Shown in pieces: positions 23,201 to 38,200 of a DNA stretch of 64,000 nucleotides. Within the stretch, counting starts at the first letter, position 1. Each line of letters begins with the position of its first letter. The DNA comes from Phyllobates terribilis. Lineage: Eukaryota. A program made the position numbers and the translations under genes. Below the pieces are notes generated by a model, which had not been told where the DNA came from, searched no databases, and saw nothing but the letters and a program-made list of their open reading frames with translations. Location of the stretch: assembly GCF_046119375.1 (NCBI RefSeq), contig NW_027362764.1:799180001-799244000 (forward strand), written 5' to 3'.

Positions 23201-26200
23201 CAGAGCTGTATGATCAGTGTCACAACCTTGTACCTGCAGCGCTGTATGATCAGTGTCATTATCCTTTTCCCTGCAGAGCTGTATGATCATTGTCACCACC
23301 TTGACCCTGCAGAGCTGTATGATCAGTGCCACAACCTTGTCCCTGGAGAGCTGTTTGATCAGTTCCACCACCTTGTCCCCGCAGAGCTATATGATCAGTG
23401 TCACCACCTCGTCCCTGCAGAGCTGTATGATAAGTGCCACCACCTTGACCCTGGAGAGCTGTTTGATCAGTGCCACCACCTTGTCCCCGCAGAGCTATAT
23501 AATCCGTGCCACCACCTTGTCCCTGCAGAGCTGTATGATCAGTGCCCCCACCTTGTCTCTGCAGCGCTGTATGATCAGTGTCACCACCTTGTCCCTGCAG
23601 AGCTGTATGACCAGTGTCACCACCTTCTCTCTGCAAAGCTGTATGATCAGTGCCCTCACCTTGTCCCTGCAGAGCTGTATGATCAGTGCCACCACCTGGT
23701 CCCTGCAGAGCTGTATGATCAGTGCCACCACCTTGTCCCTGCAGAGCTGTATGATCAGTGCCAAAACCTTGTCCCTGGAGAGCTGTTTGATCAGTGCCAC
23801 CACCTTGTCCTCGAAGAGCTACATGATCAGTGTTACCACCTTATCCCTGCAAAGCTGTTTGATCAGTGCCACCACCTTGTTCCTGGAGAGCTGTTTGATC
23901 AGTGCCACCACCTTGTCCCCGCAGAGTTATATAATCAGTGCCACCACCTTGTCCCTGCAGAGCTGTATGACCAGTGCCCCCACCTTGTCTCTGCAGAGCT
24001 GTATGATCAGTCACCAACCTTGTCTCTGCAGAGCTGAATGATGAGTGTCACAACCTTGTCCCTGCAGAGCTGTATGATCAGTGTCACCACCTTGTCTCTG
24101 CAGAGCTGTATGATCAGTGTCAACACCTTGTCCCTGCAGAGCTGTGTGATCAGTGCCACGACCTTCTCCCCTTAGAGCTGCTTGATCAGTGCCACCACCT
24201 TGTCCCCGCAGAGCTATATAATCAGTGCCACCACCTTGTCCCCTCAGAGCTGTATGATCAGTCACCATCTTGTCTCTGCAGAGCTGTAAGATCAGTGTCA
24301 CCACCTTGTCCCTGCAGAGCTGTATGATCAGTGTCACCACCTCGTCCCTGCAGAGCTGTATGATCAGTGCCAACCCTCGTCCCTGCAGAGCTGTATGATC
24401 AGTGTCACCACCTTGTCCCTGCAGAGCTGTATGATCAGTGCCACCACCTTGTCCCTGCAGAGCTGTATGATCAGTTCCACCACCTTGTTCCTGGAGAGCT
24501 GTTTGATCAGTGCCAACACCTGTCCCCGCAGAGCTATATGATCAGTGTCACCACATTGTCTATGCAGAGCTGTGTGATCAGTGCCACCACCTTGTCCCTG
24601 GAGGGCTGTTGATCAGTGCCACCACCTTGTCCCTGGAGAGCTGTATGATCAGTTCCCCCACCTTGTCTCTGCAGAGCTGTATGATCAGTTACCAACCTTG
24701 TCTCTGCAGAGCTGTATGATCAGTGTCACAACTTTGTCCCTGCAGAGCTGTATGATCAGTGTCACCACCTTGACTCTGCAGAGCTGTATGATCAGTGTCA
24801 ACACCTTGTCCCTGTAGAGCTGTATGATCAGTGCCACCACCTTCTCCCCTTAGAGCTGCATGATCACAGCCACCACCTCCTCCCTGCAGAGCTGTATGAT
24901 CAGTGCCACCACCTTGTCCCTGCAGAGCTGTATGATCAGTGCCACCACCTTGTTCCCTCAGAGCTGTATGACCAGTGCCACCACCTTGTCCCCTCAGAGC
25001 TGTATGATCAGTGCCACCACCTTGTCCCCGCGTAGTTGTATGATCAGTGTCACCACCTTGTCCCTGCAGAGCTGTAAAATCAGTGTCACCACCTTATCCC
25101 TGCAGAGCTGTATGATCAGTGCCACCGCCTTGTCCTTGCAGAGCTGTACAATCAGTGCCACCACCTTGTCCTTGCAGAGCTGTATAATCAGTGCCACCAC
25201 CTTGTCCCTGCAGAGCTGTATGATCAGTGCAAAAAACCTTGTCCCTGCAGAGCTGTATGATCAGTGCCACCACCTTGTCCCTGCAGAGCTGTATGATCAG
25301 TGCCACAACCTTGTCCCGCAGAGCTGTATGATCAGTGCCACCACCTCGTCCCTGCAGAGCTGTATGATCAGTGCCACCACCTTGTCCCTGGAGAGCTGTT
25401 TGATCAGTGCCACCACCTTGTCCCAGCAGACCTATATAATCAGTGCCAACACCTTGTCCCTGGAGAGCTGTTTGATCAGTGCCACCACCTTGTCCCTGGA
25501 GAGCTGTTTGATTAGTGCCTCCAACTTGTCCCCACATAGCTATATGTTCAGTGCCACCACCTTGTCCCTGCAGAGCTGTATGATCAGTGCCCTCACCTTG
25601 TCTCTGCAGAACTGTATGATTTGTGTCACCACCTTGTCCCTGCAGAGCTGTACGATCAGTGTCACCATCCTTGTCCCTGCAGAGCTGTATGATCAGTGTC
25701 ACCAACTTGTCCCTGCAGAGCTGTATGATCAGTGTCACCACCTTGTCCCTGCAGAGCTGTTTGATCATTGCCACCACCTTGTCCCCGCACAGCTACATGA
25801 TCAGTGTCACTACATTGTCCCTGCAGAGCTGTATGATCAGTGTCACCACCTTGTCCCTGCAGAGCTGTATGATTAGTGCCACCACCTTGTCCCTGCAGAG
25901 CTGTATGATCAGTGCCACCACCTTGTACCTGCAGAGCTGTGTGATCAGTGCCAAAACCTTGTCCCTGGAGAGCTGTTTGATCAGTGCCACCACCTTGTCC
26001 TCGCAGAGAAACATGATCAGTGTCACCACCTTATCCCAGCAGAGCTGTATGATCAGTGCCACCACCTTGTCCCTGCAGAGCTGTATAATCAGTGCCCCCA
26101 CCTTGTCTCTGCAGAGCTGTATGATCAGTCACCACCTTGTCTCTGCAGAGCTGTATGATTAGTGTCACAACCTTGTCACTGCAGAGCTGTATGATCATTG

Positions 26201-29200
26201 TCACCACCTTGTCTCTGCAGAGCTGTATGATCAGTGTCAACACCTTGTCCCTGCAGAGCTGTATGATCAGTGCCACCACCTTCTCCCCTTAGAGCTGCAT
26301 GATCACAGCCACCACCTCCTCCCTGCAGAGCTGTATGATCAGTGCAACCACCTTGTCCATGCAGAGCTGTATGGTCAGTGCCACCACCTTGTCCCCTCAG
26401 AGCTGTATGATCAGTGCCACCACCTTGTCCCCTCAGAGCTTTATGATCAGTGCCACCACCTTGTCCCCTCAGAGCTGTATGATCAGTGCCACCACCTTGT
26501 CCCCGCGGAGTTGTATGATCAGTGTCACCACCTTGTCCCTGCAGAGCTGTAAAATCAGTGTCACCACCTTATCCCTGCAGAGCTGTATGATCAGTGCCAC
26601 CGCCTTGTCCTTGCAGAGCTGTATAATCAGTGCCACCACCTTGTCCTTTCAGAGTTGTATAATCAGTGACACCACCTTGTTCCTGCAGAGTTGTATGATC
26701 AGTGCCACCACCTTGTCCCTGCAGAGCTGTATGATCAGTGCCACCACCTTGTCCCTGCAGAGCTGTATGATCAGTGCCACCACCTTGTCCCTGCAGAGCT
26801 GTATGATCAGTGCCATCACCTTGTCCCCGCAGAGCTGTATGATCAGTGCCACCATCGCTTCCCTGCAGAGCTGTATGATCAGTGCCACCACCTTGTCCCT
26901 GCAGAGTTGTACGATCAGTGCCACATCCTTGTCCCTGCAGAGCTGTATGATCAGTGCCACCACCTTGTCCCTGCAGAGATGTATGATCAGTGCCACTACA
27001 TTGTCCCTGCAGAGCTGTATGATCAGTGCCACCACCTTGTCCCTGAAGAGTTGTATGATCAGTGCCACCACCTTGTCCCCGCAGAGCTGTATGATCAGTG
27101 CCACCACCTTGTCCCTGCAGAGCTGTATGATCAGTGCCATCACCTTGTCCCCGCAGAGCTGTATGATCAGTGCCACCATCGCGTCCCTGCAGAGCTGTAT
27201 GATCAGTGCCACCACCTTGTCCCTGCAGAGTTGTATGATCAGTGCCACATCCTTGTCCCTGCAGAGCTGTATGATCAGTGCCACCACCTTGTCCCTGCAG
27301 AGATGTATGATCAGTGCCACCACGTTGTCCCTGCAGAGCTGTATGATCAGTGCCACCACCTTGTTCCTGGAGAGCTGTTTGATCAATGCCAACACCTGTC
27401 CCCACAGAGCTATATGATCAGTGTCACCACCTTGTCCCTGCTGTGCTGTATGATCAGTGTCACCACCTTGTCCCTGCAGAGCTGTATGATCAGTGCCACC
27501 ACCATGTCCCTGGAGAGCTGTTTGATCAGTGCCACCACCTTGTCCCCGCATAGCTATATGATCAGTGCCACCACCTTGTCCCTGCAGAGCTGTATGATCA
27601 GTGCCCTCACCTTGTCTCTGCAGAGCTGTATGATCAGTGTCACAACCTTGTCCCTGCAGAGCTGTATGATCAGTGTCATCATCCTTGTCCCTGCAGAGCT
27701 GTATGATCAGTGTCACCACCTTTTCCCTGCACAGCTGTATGATCAGTGCCACCATCTTGTCCCCTCAGAGCTGTATGATCAGTGCCACCACCTTGTCCCC
27801 TCAGAGCTGTATGATCAGTAACACCACCTTGTCCCCTCAGAGCTGTATGATCAGTGCCACCACCTTGACCCTGGAGAGCTGTTTGATCAGTGCCACCACC
27901 TTGTCCCCGCAGAGCTATATAATCCGTGCCACCACCTTGTCCCTGCAGAGCTGTATGATCAGTGCCCCCAACTTGTCTCTGCAGCGCTGTATGATCAGTG
28001 TCACCACCTTGTCCCTGCAGAGCTGTATGATCAGTGCCACCACCTTGTCCCTGCAGAGCTGTATGATCAGTGCCACCACCTTGTCCCCTCAGAGCTGTAT
28101 GATCAGTGCCAACACCTTGTCCCCTCAGAGCTGTATGATCAGTGCCACCACCTTGTTCCCTCAGAGCTGTATGATCAGTGCCACCACCTTGTCCCCGCGG
28201 AGTTGTATGATCAGTGTCACCACCTTGTCCCTGCAGAGCTGTAAAATCAGTGTCACCACCTTATCCCTGCAGAGCTGTATGATCAGTGCCACCGCCTTGC
28301 CCTTGCAGAGCTGTACAATCAGTGCCACCACCTTGTCCTTGCAGAGCTGTATAATCAGTGCCACCACCTTGTCCCTGCAGAGCTGTATGATCAGTGCCAC
28401 CACCTTGTCCCTGCAGAGCTGTATGATCAGTGTCACCACCTTGTCCCTGCAGAGCTGTACGATCAGAGTCATCATCCTTGTCCCTGCAGAGCTGTATGAT
28501 CAGTGCCACCACCTTGTCCGTGCAGAGCTCTATGATCAGTGCCACCACCTTCTCCCTGGAGAGCTGTTTGATCAGTGCCACCACCTTGTCTCAGCAGAGC
28601 TATATGATCAGTGCCAACACCTTGTCCCTGGAGAGCTGTTTGATCAGTGCCACCACCTTGTCCCTGGAGAGCTGTTTGATCAGTGCCACCACCTTGTCCC
28701 CGCATAGCTATATGATCAGTGCCACCACCTTGTCCCTGCAGAGCTGTATGATCAGTGTCCTCACCTTGTCTCTGCAGAGCTGTGTGATCAGTGTCACCAC
28801 CTTGTCCCTGCAGAGCTGTACGATCAGAGTCATCATCCTTGTCCCTGCAGAGCTGTATGATCAGTATCACCAACTTGTCCCTGCAGAGCTGTATGATCAG
28901 TGTCACCACCTTGTCCCTGCAGAGCTGTTTGATCATTGCCACCACCTGGTCCCTGCAGACCTGTATGATCAGTGTCAACACCTTGTCCCCGCATAGCTAT
29001 ATGATCAGTGCCACCACCTTGTCCCTGCACAGCTGTACGATCAGTGTCCTCACCTTGTCTCTGCAGAGCTGTATGATCAGTGTCACAACCTTGTCTCTGC
29101 AGAGCTGTATGATCAGTGTCATCATCCTTGTCCCTGCAGAGCTGTATGATCAGTGTCACCACGTTGTCCCTGCAGAGCTGTTTGATCAGTGCCACCACCT

Positions 29201-32200
29201 TGTCCCCTCAGAGCTGTATGATCAGTGCCACCACCTTGTCCCCTCAGAGGTGTATGATCAGTGACACCACCTTGTCCCCTCAGAGCTGTATGATCAGTGC
29301 CACCACCTTGTCCCCGTGGAGTTGTATGATCAGTGTCACCACCGTATCCCTGCAGAGCTGTATGATCAGTGCCACCGCCTTGTACTTGCAGAGCTGTATA
29401 ATCAGTGCCACCACCTTGTCCTTGCAGAGCTGTATAATCAGTGCCACCACCTTGTCCCTGCAGAGCTGTATGATCAGTGCCACCACCTTGTCCCTGCAGA
29501 GCTGTATGATCAGTGCCACCACCTTGTCCCTGCAGAGCTGTATGATCAGTGCCACCACCTTGTCCCCGCAGAGCTGTATGATCAGTGCCACCACCTCGTC
29601 CCTGCAGAGCTGTATGATCAGTGCCACCAACTTTTCCCTGGATAGCTGTTTGATCAGTGCCACCACCTTGTCCCAGCAGAGCTATATGATCAGTGCCACC
29701 ACCTTGTCCCTGGAGAGCTGTTTGATCAGTGCCACCACCTTGTCCCTGGAGAGCTGTTTGATCAGTGCCACCACCTTGTCCCCGCATAGCTATATGATCA
29801 GTGAAACCACCTTGTCCCTGCAGAGCTGTATGATCAGTGCCCACACCTTGTATCTGCAGAGCTGTATGATCAGTGTCACCAACTTGTCCCAGCAGAGCTG
29901 TATGATCAGTGTCACCACCTTGTCCCTGCAGAGCTGTATGATCAGTGCCACAACCTTGTCCCTGGAGAGCTGTTTGATCAGTGCCACTACCTTGTCCCCA
30001 CAGAGTTGTATGATCAGTGTCACCATCTTGTCACTGCAGAGCTGTATGATCAGTGTCTCCACCTTGTCCCTGCATAGCTGTATGATCAGTGCCACCACCT
30101 TGTCCCTGGAGAGCTGTTTGATCAGTGCCACCACCTTGTCCCCGCAGAGCTATATGATCAGTGTCACCACCTTGTCCCTGCAGAGCTGTATGATCAGTGC
30201 CAAAACCTTGTCCCTGGAGAGCTGTTTGATCAGTGCCACCACCTTGTCCCCGCAGAGCTACATGATCACTGTCACCACCTTGTCCCTGCAGAGCTGTATG
30301 ATCAGTGCCACCACCTTGTTGCTGGAGAGCTGTATGATCAGTGCCACCACCTTGTCCCCGCAGATCTATATAATCAGTGCCACCACCTTGTCCTTGCAGA
30401 GCTGTATGATCAGTGCCTCCACCTTGTCTCTGCAGAGCTGTATGATCAGTGTCACCACCTTGTCCCTGCAGAGCTGTATGATCAGTGCCAAAACCTTGTC
30501 CCTGGAGAGGTGTTTGATCAGTGCCACCACCTTGTCCTCGCAGAGCTACATGATCAGTGTCACCACCTTATCCCAGCAGAGCTGTATGATCAGTGCCACC
30601 ACCTTGTTCCTGGAGAGCTGTTTGATCAGTGCCACCACCTTGTCCACGCAGAGCTATATAATCATTGCCACCACCTTGTCCCTGCAGAGCTGTATAATCA
30701 GTGCCCTCACCTTGTCTCTGCAGAGCTGTATGATCAGTCACCACCTTGTCTCTGCAGAGCTGTATGATCAGTGTCACAACCTTATCCCTGCAGAACTGTA
30801 TGATCATTGTCACCACCTTGTCTCTGCAGAGCTGTATGATCAGTGTCAACACCTTGTCCCTGCAGAGCTGTATGATCAGTGCCACCACCTTCTCCCCTTA
30901 GAGCTGCATGATCACAGCCACCACCTCCTCCCTGCAGAGCTGTATGATCAGTGCCACCACCTTGTCCCTGCAGAGCTGTATGATCAGTGCCACCACCTTG
31001 TCCCCTCAGAGCTGTATGATCAGTGCCACCACCGTATCTCCTCAGAGCTGTATGATCAGTGCCACCACCTTGTCCCCTCAAAGCTGTATGATCAGTGCCA
31101 CCACCTTGTCCCCGCGGAGTTGTATGATCAGTGTCACCACCTTGTCCCTGCAGAGCTGTAAAATCAGTGTCACCACCTTATCCCTGCAGAGCTGTATGAT
31201 CAGTGCCACCGCCTTGTCCTTGCAGAGCTGTATAATCAGTGCCACCACCTTGTCCTTTCAGAGCTGTATAATCAGTGCCACCACCTTGTCCCTGCAGAGC
31301 TGTATGATCAGTGCCACCACCTTGTCCCTGCAGAGCTGTATGATCAGTGCCACCACCTTGTCCCTGCAGAGCTGTATGATCAGTGCCACCACCTTGTCCC
31401 AGCAGAGCTGTATGATCAGTGCCACCACCTCGTTCCTGCAGAGCTGTATGATCAGTGCCATCACCTTGTCCCCGCAGAGCTGTATGATCAGTGCCACCGT
31501 CGCGTCCCTGCAGAGCTGTATGATCAGTGCCACCACCTTGTCCCTGCAGAGTTGTATGATCAGTGCCACAACCTTGTCCCTGCAGAGCTGTATGATCAGT
31601 GCCACCACCTTGTCCCTGCATAGATGTATGATCAGTGCCACCACGTTGTCTCTGCAAAGCTGTATGATCAGTGCCACCACCTTGTCCCCACAGAGTTTTA
31701 TGATCAATGTCACCATCTTGTCCCTGCAGAGCTGTATGATCAGTGTCTCCACCTTGTCCCTGCATAGCTGTATGATCAGTGCCACCACCTTGCCCCTGGA
31801 CAGCTGTTTGATCAGTGCCACCACTTTGTCCCCGCAGAGCTATATGATAAGTGTCACCACCTTGTCCCTGCAGAGCTGTATGATCAGTGCCAAAACCTTG
31901 TCCCTGGAGAGCTGTTTGATCAGTGCCACCACCTTGTCCCCGCAGAGCTACATGATCACTGTCACCACCTTGTCCCTGCAGAGCTGTATGATCAGTGCCA
32001 CCACCTTGTTGCTGGAGAGCTGTATGATCAGTGCCACCACCTTGTCCCCACAGAGCTATATAATCAGTGCCACCACCTTGTCCTTGCAGACCTGTATGAT
32101 CAGTGCCCCCACCTTGTCCCTGCAGAGCTGTATGATCAGTGCCAAAACCTTGTCCCTGGAGAGCTGTTTGATCAGTGCCACCACCTTGTCCTCGCAGAGC

Positions 32201-35200
32201 TACATGATCAGTGTCACCACCTTATCCCAGCAGAGCTGTATGATCAGTGCCACCACCTTGTTCCTGGAGAGCTGTTTGATCAGTGCCACCACCTTGTCCC
32301 CGCAGAGCTATATAATCAGTGCCACCACCTTGGCCCTGCAGAGCTGTATAATAAGTGCCCCCACCTTGTCTCTGCAGAGCTGTATGATCAGTCACCACCT
32401 TGTCCCTGCAGAGCTGTATGATCAGTGTCACAACCTTATCCCTGCAGAACTGTATGATCATTGTCACCACCTTTTCTCAGCAGAGCTGTATGATCAGTGT
32501 CAACACCTTGTCCCTGCAGAGCTGTATGATCAGTGCCACCACCTTCTCCTCTTAGAGCTGCATGATCACAGCCACCACCTCCTCCCTGCAGAGCTGTATG
32601 ATCAGTGCCACCACCTTTTCCGGCAGCGCTGTATGATCAGTGCCACCACCTTGTCCCCTCAGAGCTGTATGATCAGTGCCACCACCTTGTCCCCTCAGAG
32701 CTGTATGATCAGTGCCACCACCTTGTCCCCTCAGATCTGTATGATCAGTGCCACCACCTTGTCCCCGCAGAGTTGTATGATCAGTGTCACCACCTTGTCC
32801 CTGCAGAGCTGTAAAATCAGTGTCACCACCTTATCCCTGCAGAGCTTTATGATCAGTGCCACCTCCTTGTCCTTGCAGAGCTGTATAATCAGTGCCACCA
32901 CCTTGTCCTTTCAGAGCTGTATAATCAGTGCCACCACCTTGTCCCTGCAGATCTGTATGATCAGTGCCACCACCTTGTCCCTGCAGAGCTGTATGATCAG
33001 TGCCACCACCTTGTCCCTGCAGTGCTGTATGATCAGTGCCACCACCTTGTCCCAGCAGAGCTGTATGATCAGTGCCACCACCTCGTCACTGCAGAGCTGT
33101 ATGATCAGTGCCATCACCTTGTGCCCGCAGAGCTGTATGATCAGTGCCACCATCGCGTCCCTGCAGAGCTGTATGATCAGTGCCACCACCTTGTCCCTGC
33201 AGAGTTGTATGATCAGTGCCACAACCTTTTCCCTGCAGAGCTGTATGATCAGTGCCACCACCTTGTCCCTGCAGAGATGTATGATCAGTGCCACCACGTT
33301 GTCTCTGCAGAGCTGTATGATCAGTGCCACCACCTTGATCCTGGAGAGCTGTTTGATCAATGCCACCACCTGTCCCCGCAGAGCTATATGATCAGTTTCA
33401 CCACCTTGTCCCTGCAGAGCTGTATGATCAGTGCCACCACCTTGTCCCTGGAGGGCTGTTGATCAGTGCCACCACCTTGTCCTCGCAGAGCTATATGATC
33501 AGTGTCACCACCTTGTCCCTGCAGAGCTGTGTGATCAGTGCCACCACCATGTCCCTGGAGAGCTGTTTGATCAGTGCCACCACCTTGTCCCCGCATAGCT
33601 ATATGATCAGTGCCACAACCTTGTTCCTGCAGAGCTGTACGATCAGTGCCCTCACCTTGTCTCTGCAGAGCTGTATGATCAGTGTCACAACCTTGTCCCT
33701 GCAGAGCTGTATGATCAGTGTCATCATCCTTGTCCCTGCAGAGCTGTATGATCAGTGTCACCACCTTGTCCCTGCAGAGCTGTATGATCAGTGTCACCAC
33801 CTTGTCCCCTCAGAGCTGTATGATCAGTGCCACCACTTTGTCCCATCAGAGCTGTATGATCAGTGACACCACCTTGTCCCCTCAGAGCTGTATGATCAGT
33901 GCCACCACCTTGTCCCCGCGGAGTTGTATGATCAGTGTCACCACCTTGTCCCTGCAGAGCTGTAAAATCAGTGTCACCACCTTATCCCTGCAGAGCTGTA
34001 TGATCAGTTCCACCGCCTTGTACTTGCAGAGCTGTATAATCAGTGCCACCACCTTGTCCTTGCAGAGCTGTATAATCAGTGCCACCACCTTGTCCCTGCA
34101 GAGCTGTATGATCAGTGCCACCACCTTGTCCCTGCAGAGCTGTATGATCAGTGGCACCACCTTGTCCCTGCAGAGCTGTATGATCAGTGCCACCACCTTG
34201 TCCCCGCAGAGCTGTATGATCAGTGCCACCACCTCGTCCCTGAAGAGCTGTATGATCAGTGCCACCACCTTGTCCCTGGAGAGCTGTTTGATCAGTGCCA
34301 CCACCTTGTCCCAGCAGAGCTATATTATCAGTGCCACCACCTTGTCCCTAGAGAGCTGTTTGATCAGTGCCATCACCTTGTCCCTGGAGAGCTGTTTGAT
34401 CAGTGCCACCACCTTGTCCCCGCATAACTATATGATCAGTGAAACCACCTTGTTCCTGCAGAGCTGTATGATCAGTGCCCTCACCTTGTCTCTGCAGAGC
34501 TGTATGATCAGTGTCACCACCTTGTCCCTGCAGAGCTGTATGATCAGTGTCATCATCCTTGTCCCTGCAGTGCTGTATGATCAGTGTCACCACCTTGTCC
34601 CTGCAGAGCTGTATGATCAGTGCCACCACCTTGTCCCTGGAGAGCTGTTTGATCAGTGCCACCACCTTGTCCCCACAGAGTTGTATGATCAGTGTCACCA
34701 TCTTGTCCCTGCAGAGCTGTATGATCAGTGTCTCCACCTTGTCCCTGCATAGCTGTATGATCAGTGCCACCACCTTGTCCCTGGAGAGCTGTTTGATCAG
34801 TGCCACCACCTTGTCCCCGCAGAGCTATATGATCAGTTTCACCACCTTGTCCCTGCAGAGCTGTATGATCAGTGCCAAAACCTTGTCCCTGCAGAGCTGT
34901 ATGATCAGTGTCACCACTTTGTCCCTGCAGAGCTGTATGATCAGTGCCACAACCTTGTCCCTGGAGAGCTGTTTGATCAGTGCCACCACCTTGTCCCCAC
35001 AGAGTTGTATGATCAGTGTCACCAACTTGTCCCTCCAGAGCTGTATGATCAGTGTCTCCACCTTGTCCCTGCATAGCTGTATGATCAGTGCCACCACCTT
35101 GTCTCTGCAGAGCTGTATGATCAGACACCACCTTGTCTCTGCAGAGCTGTATGATCAGTGTCACAACCTTGTCCCTGGAGAGCAGTTTGATCAGTGCCAC

Positions 35201-38200
35201 CAAATTGCCCCGCAGAGCTATATAATCAGTGCCACCACCTTGTCCCTGCAGAGCTGTATGATCAGTGCCCCCACTTTGTCTTTGCAGAGCTGTATGATCA
35301 GTCACCACCTTGTCTCTGCAGAGCTATATGATCAGTGTCACAACCTTGTCCCTGCAGAGCTGTATGATCAGTGTTACCGTCTTTTCCCTGCAGAGCTGTA
35401 TGATCAGTGCCACCATCTTGTCCGCTCAGAGCTGCATGATTACAGCCACCACCTCCTCCCTGCAGAGCTGTATGATCAGTGCCACCACCTTGTCCATGCA
35501 GAGCTGTATGATCAGTGCCACCACCTTGTCCCCTCAGAGCTGTATGATCAGTGCCACCACCTTGTCCCCTCAGAGCTGTATGATCAGTGCCACCACCTTG
35601 TCCACTCAGAGCTGTATGATCAGTGCCACCACCTTGTCCCTGCAGAGCTGTATGATCAGTTTCACCACCTTGTCCCTGCAGAGCTGTATGATTAGTGCCA
35701 CAACCTGGTCCCTGCAGAGCTGTATGATCAGTTCCACCACCTTGTCCCTGCAGAGCTGTATGATCAGTGCCAAAACCTTGTCCCTGGAGAGCTGTTTGAT
35801 CAGTGCCACCACCTTGTCCTCGCAGAGCTACATGATCAGTGTCACCACCTTATCCCAGCAGAGCTGTATGATCAGTTCCACTACCTTGTCCCTGCAGAGC
35901 TGTATAATCAGTGCCCCACCTTGTCTCTGCAGAGCTGTATGATCAGTCACCACCTTGTCTCTGCAGAGCTGTATGATCAGTGTCACAACCTTGTCCCTGC
36001 AGAGCTGTATGATCATTGTCACCACCTTGTCTCTGCAGAGCTGTATGATCAGTGTCAACACCTTGTCCCTGCAGAGCTGTATGATCAGTGCCACCACCTT
36101 CTCCCCTTAGAGCTGCATGATCACAACCACCACCTCCTCCCTGCAGAGCTGTATGATCAGTGCCACCACCTTGTCCCTGCAGAGCTGTATGATCAGTGCC
36201 ACCACCTTGTCCCCTCAGAGCTGTATGATCAGTGCCACCACCTTATCCCCTCAGAGCTGTATGATCAGTGCCACCACTTTGTCCCCTCAGAGCTGTATGA
36301 TCAGTGCCACCACCTTGTCCCCGCGGAGTTGTATGATCAGTGTCACCACCTTGTCCCTGCAGAGCTGTAAAATCAGTGTCACCACCTTATCCCTGCAGAG
36401 CTGTATGATCAGTGCCACCGCATTGACCTTGCAGAGCTGTATAATCAGTGCCACCACCTTGTCCTTTCAGAGCTGTATAATCAGTGCCACCACCTTGTCC
36501 CTGCAGAGCTGTATGATCAGTGCCACCACCTTGTCCCTGCAGAGCTGTATGATCAGTGACAACACCTTGTCCCTGCAGAGCTGTATGATCAGTGCCACCA
36601 CCTTGTCCCAGCAGAGCTGTATGATCAGTGCCACCACCTCGTCCCTGCAGAGCTGTATGATCAGTGCCACCACCTTGTTGCTGGAGAGCTGTATGATCAG
36701 TGCCACCACCTTGTCCCCGCAGATCTATATAATCAGTGACACCACCTTGTCCTTGCAGAGCTGTATGATCAGTGCCTCCACCTTGTCTCTGCAGAGCTGT
36801 ATGATCAGTGTCACCACCTTGTCCCTGCAGAGCTGTATGATCAGTGCCAAAACCTTGTCCCTGGAGAGCTGTTTGATCAGTGCCACCACCTTGTCCTCGC
36901 AGAGCTACATGATCAGTGTCAGCACCTTATCCCAGCAGAGCTGTATGATCAGTGCCACCACCTTGTTCCTGGAGAGCTGTTTGATCAGTGCCACCACCTT
37001 GTCCCCGCAGAGCTATATAATCAGTGCCACCACCTTGTCCCTGCAGAACTGTATAATCAGTGCCCTCACCTTGTCTCTGCAGAGCTGTATGATCAGTCAC
37101 CACCTTGTCTCTGCAGAGCTGTATGATCAGTGTCACAACCTTATCCCTGCAGACCTGTATGATCATTGTCACCACCTTGTCTCTGCAGAGCTGTATGATC
37201 AGTGTCAACACCTTGTCCCTGCAGAGCTGTATGATCAGTGCCACCACCTTCTCCCCTTAGAGCTGCATGATCACAGCCACCACCTCCTCCCTGCAGAGCT
37301 GTATGATCAGTGCCCCCACCTTGTCCCTGCAGAGCTGTATGATCAGTGTCACCATCTTGTCCCCTCAGAGCTGTATGATCAGTGCCACCACCTTATCCCC
37401 TCAGAGCTGTATGATCAGTGCCACCACCTTGTCCCCTCAGAGCTGTATGATCAGTGCCACCACCTTGTCCCCGCGGAGTTGTATGATCAGTGTCACCACC
37501 TTGTCCCTGCAGAGCTGTAAAATCAGTGTCACCACCTTATCCCTGCAGAGCTGTATGATCAGTGCCACCACCTTGTCCTTGCAGAGCTGTATAATCAGTG
37601 CCACCACCTTGTCCTTTCAGAGCTGTATAATCAGTGCCACCACCTTGTCCCTGCAGAGCTGTATGATCAGTGCCACCACCTTGTCCCTGCAGAGCTGTAT
37701 GATCAGTGCCACCACCTTGTCCCTGCAGAGCTGTATGATCAGTGCCACCACCTTGTCCCAGCAGAGCTGTATGATCAGTGCCACCACCTCGTCCCTGCAG
37801 AGCTGTATGATCAGTGCCATCACCTTGTCCCCGCAGAGCTGTATGATCAGTGCCACCATCGCGTCCCTGCAGAGCTGTATGATCAGTGCCACCACCTTGT
37901 CCCTGCAGAGTTGTATGATCAGTGCCACAACCTTGTCCCTGCAGAGCTGTATGATCAGTGCCACCACCTTGTCCCTGCAGAGATGTATGATCAGTGCCAC
38001 CACGTTGTCTCTGCAGAGCTGTATGATCAGTGCCACCACCTTGTCCCCACAGAGTTTTATGATCAGTGTCACCATCTTGTCCCTGCAGAGCTGTATGATC
38101 AGTGTCTCCACCTTGTCCCTGCATATCTGTATGATCAGTGCCACCACCTTGCCCCTGGACAGCTGTTTGATCAGTGCCACCACTTTGTCCCCGCAGAGCT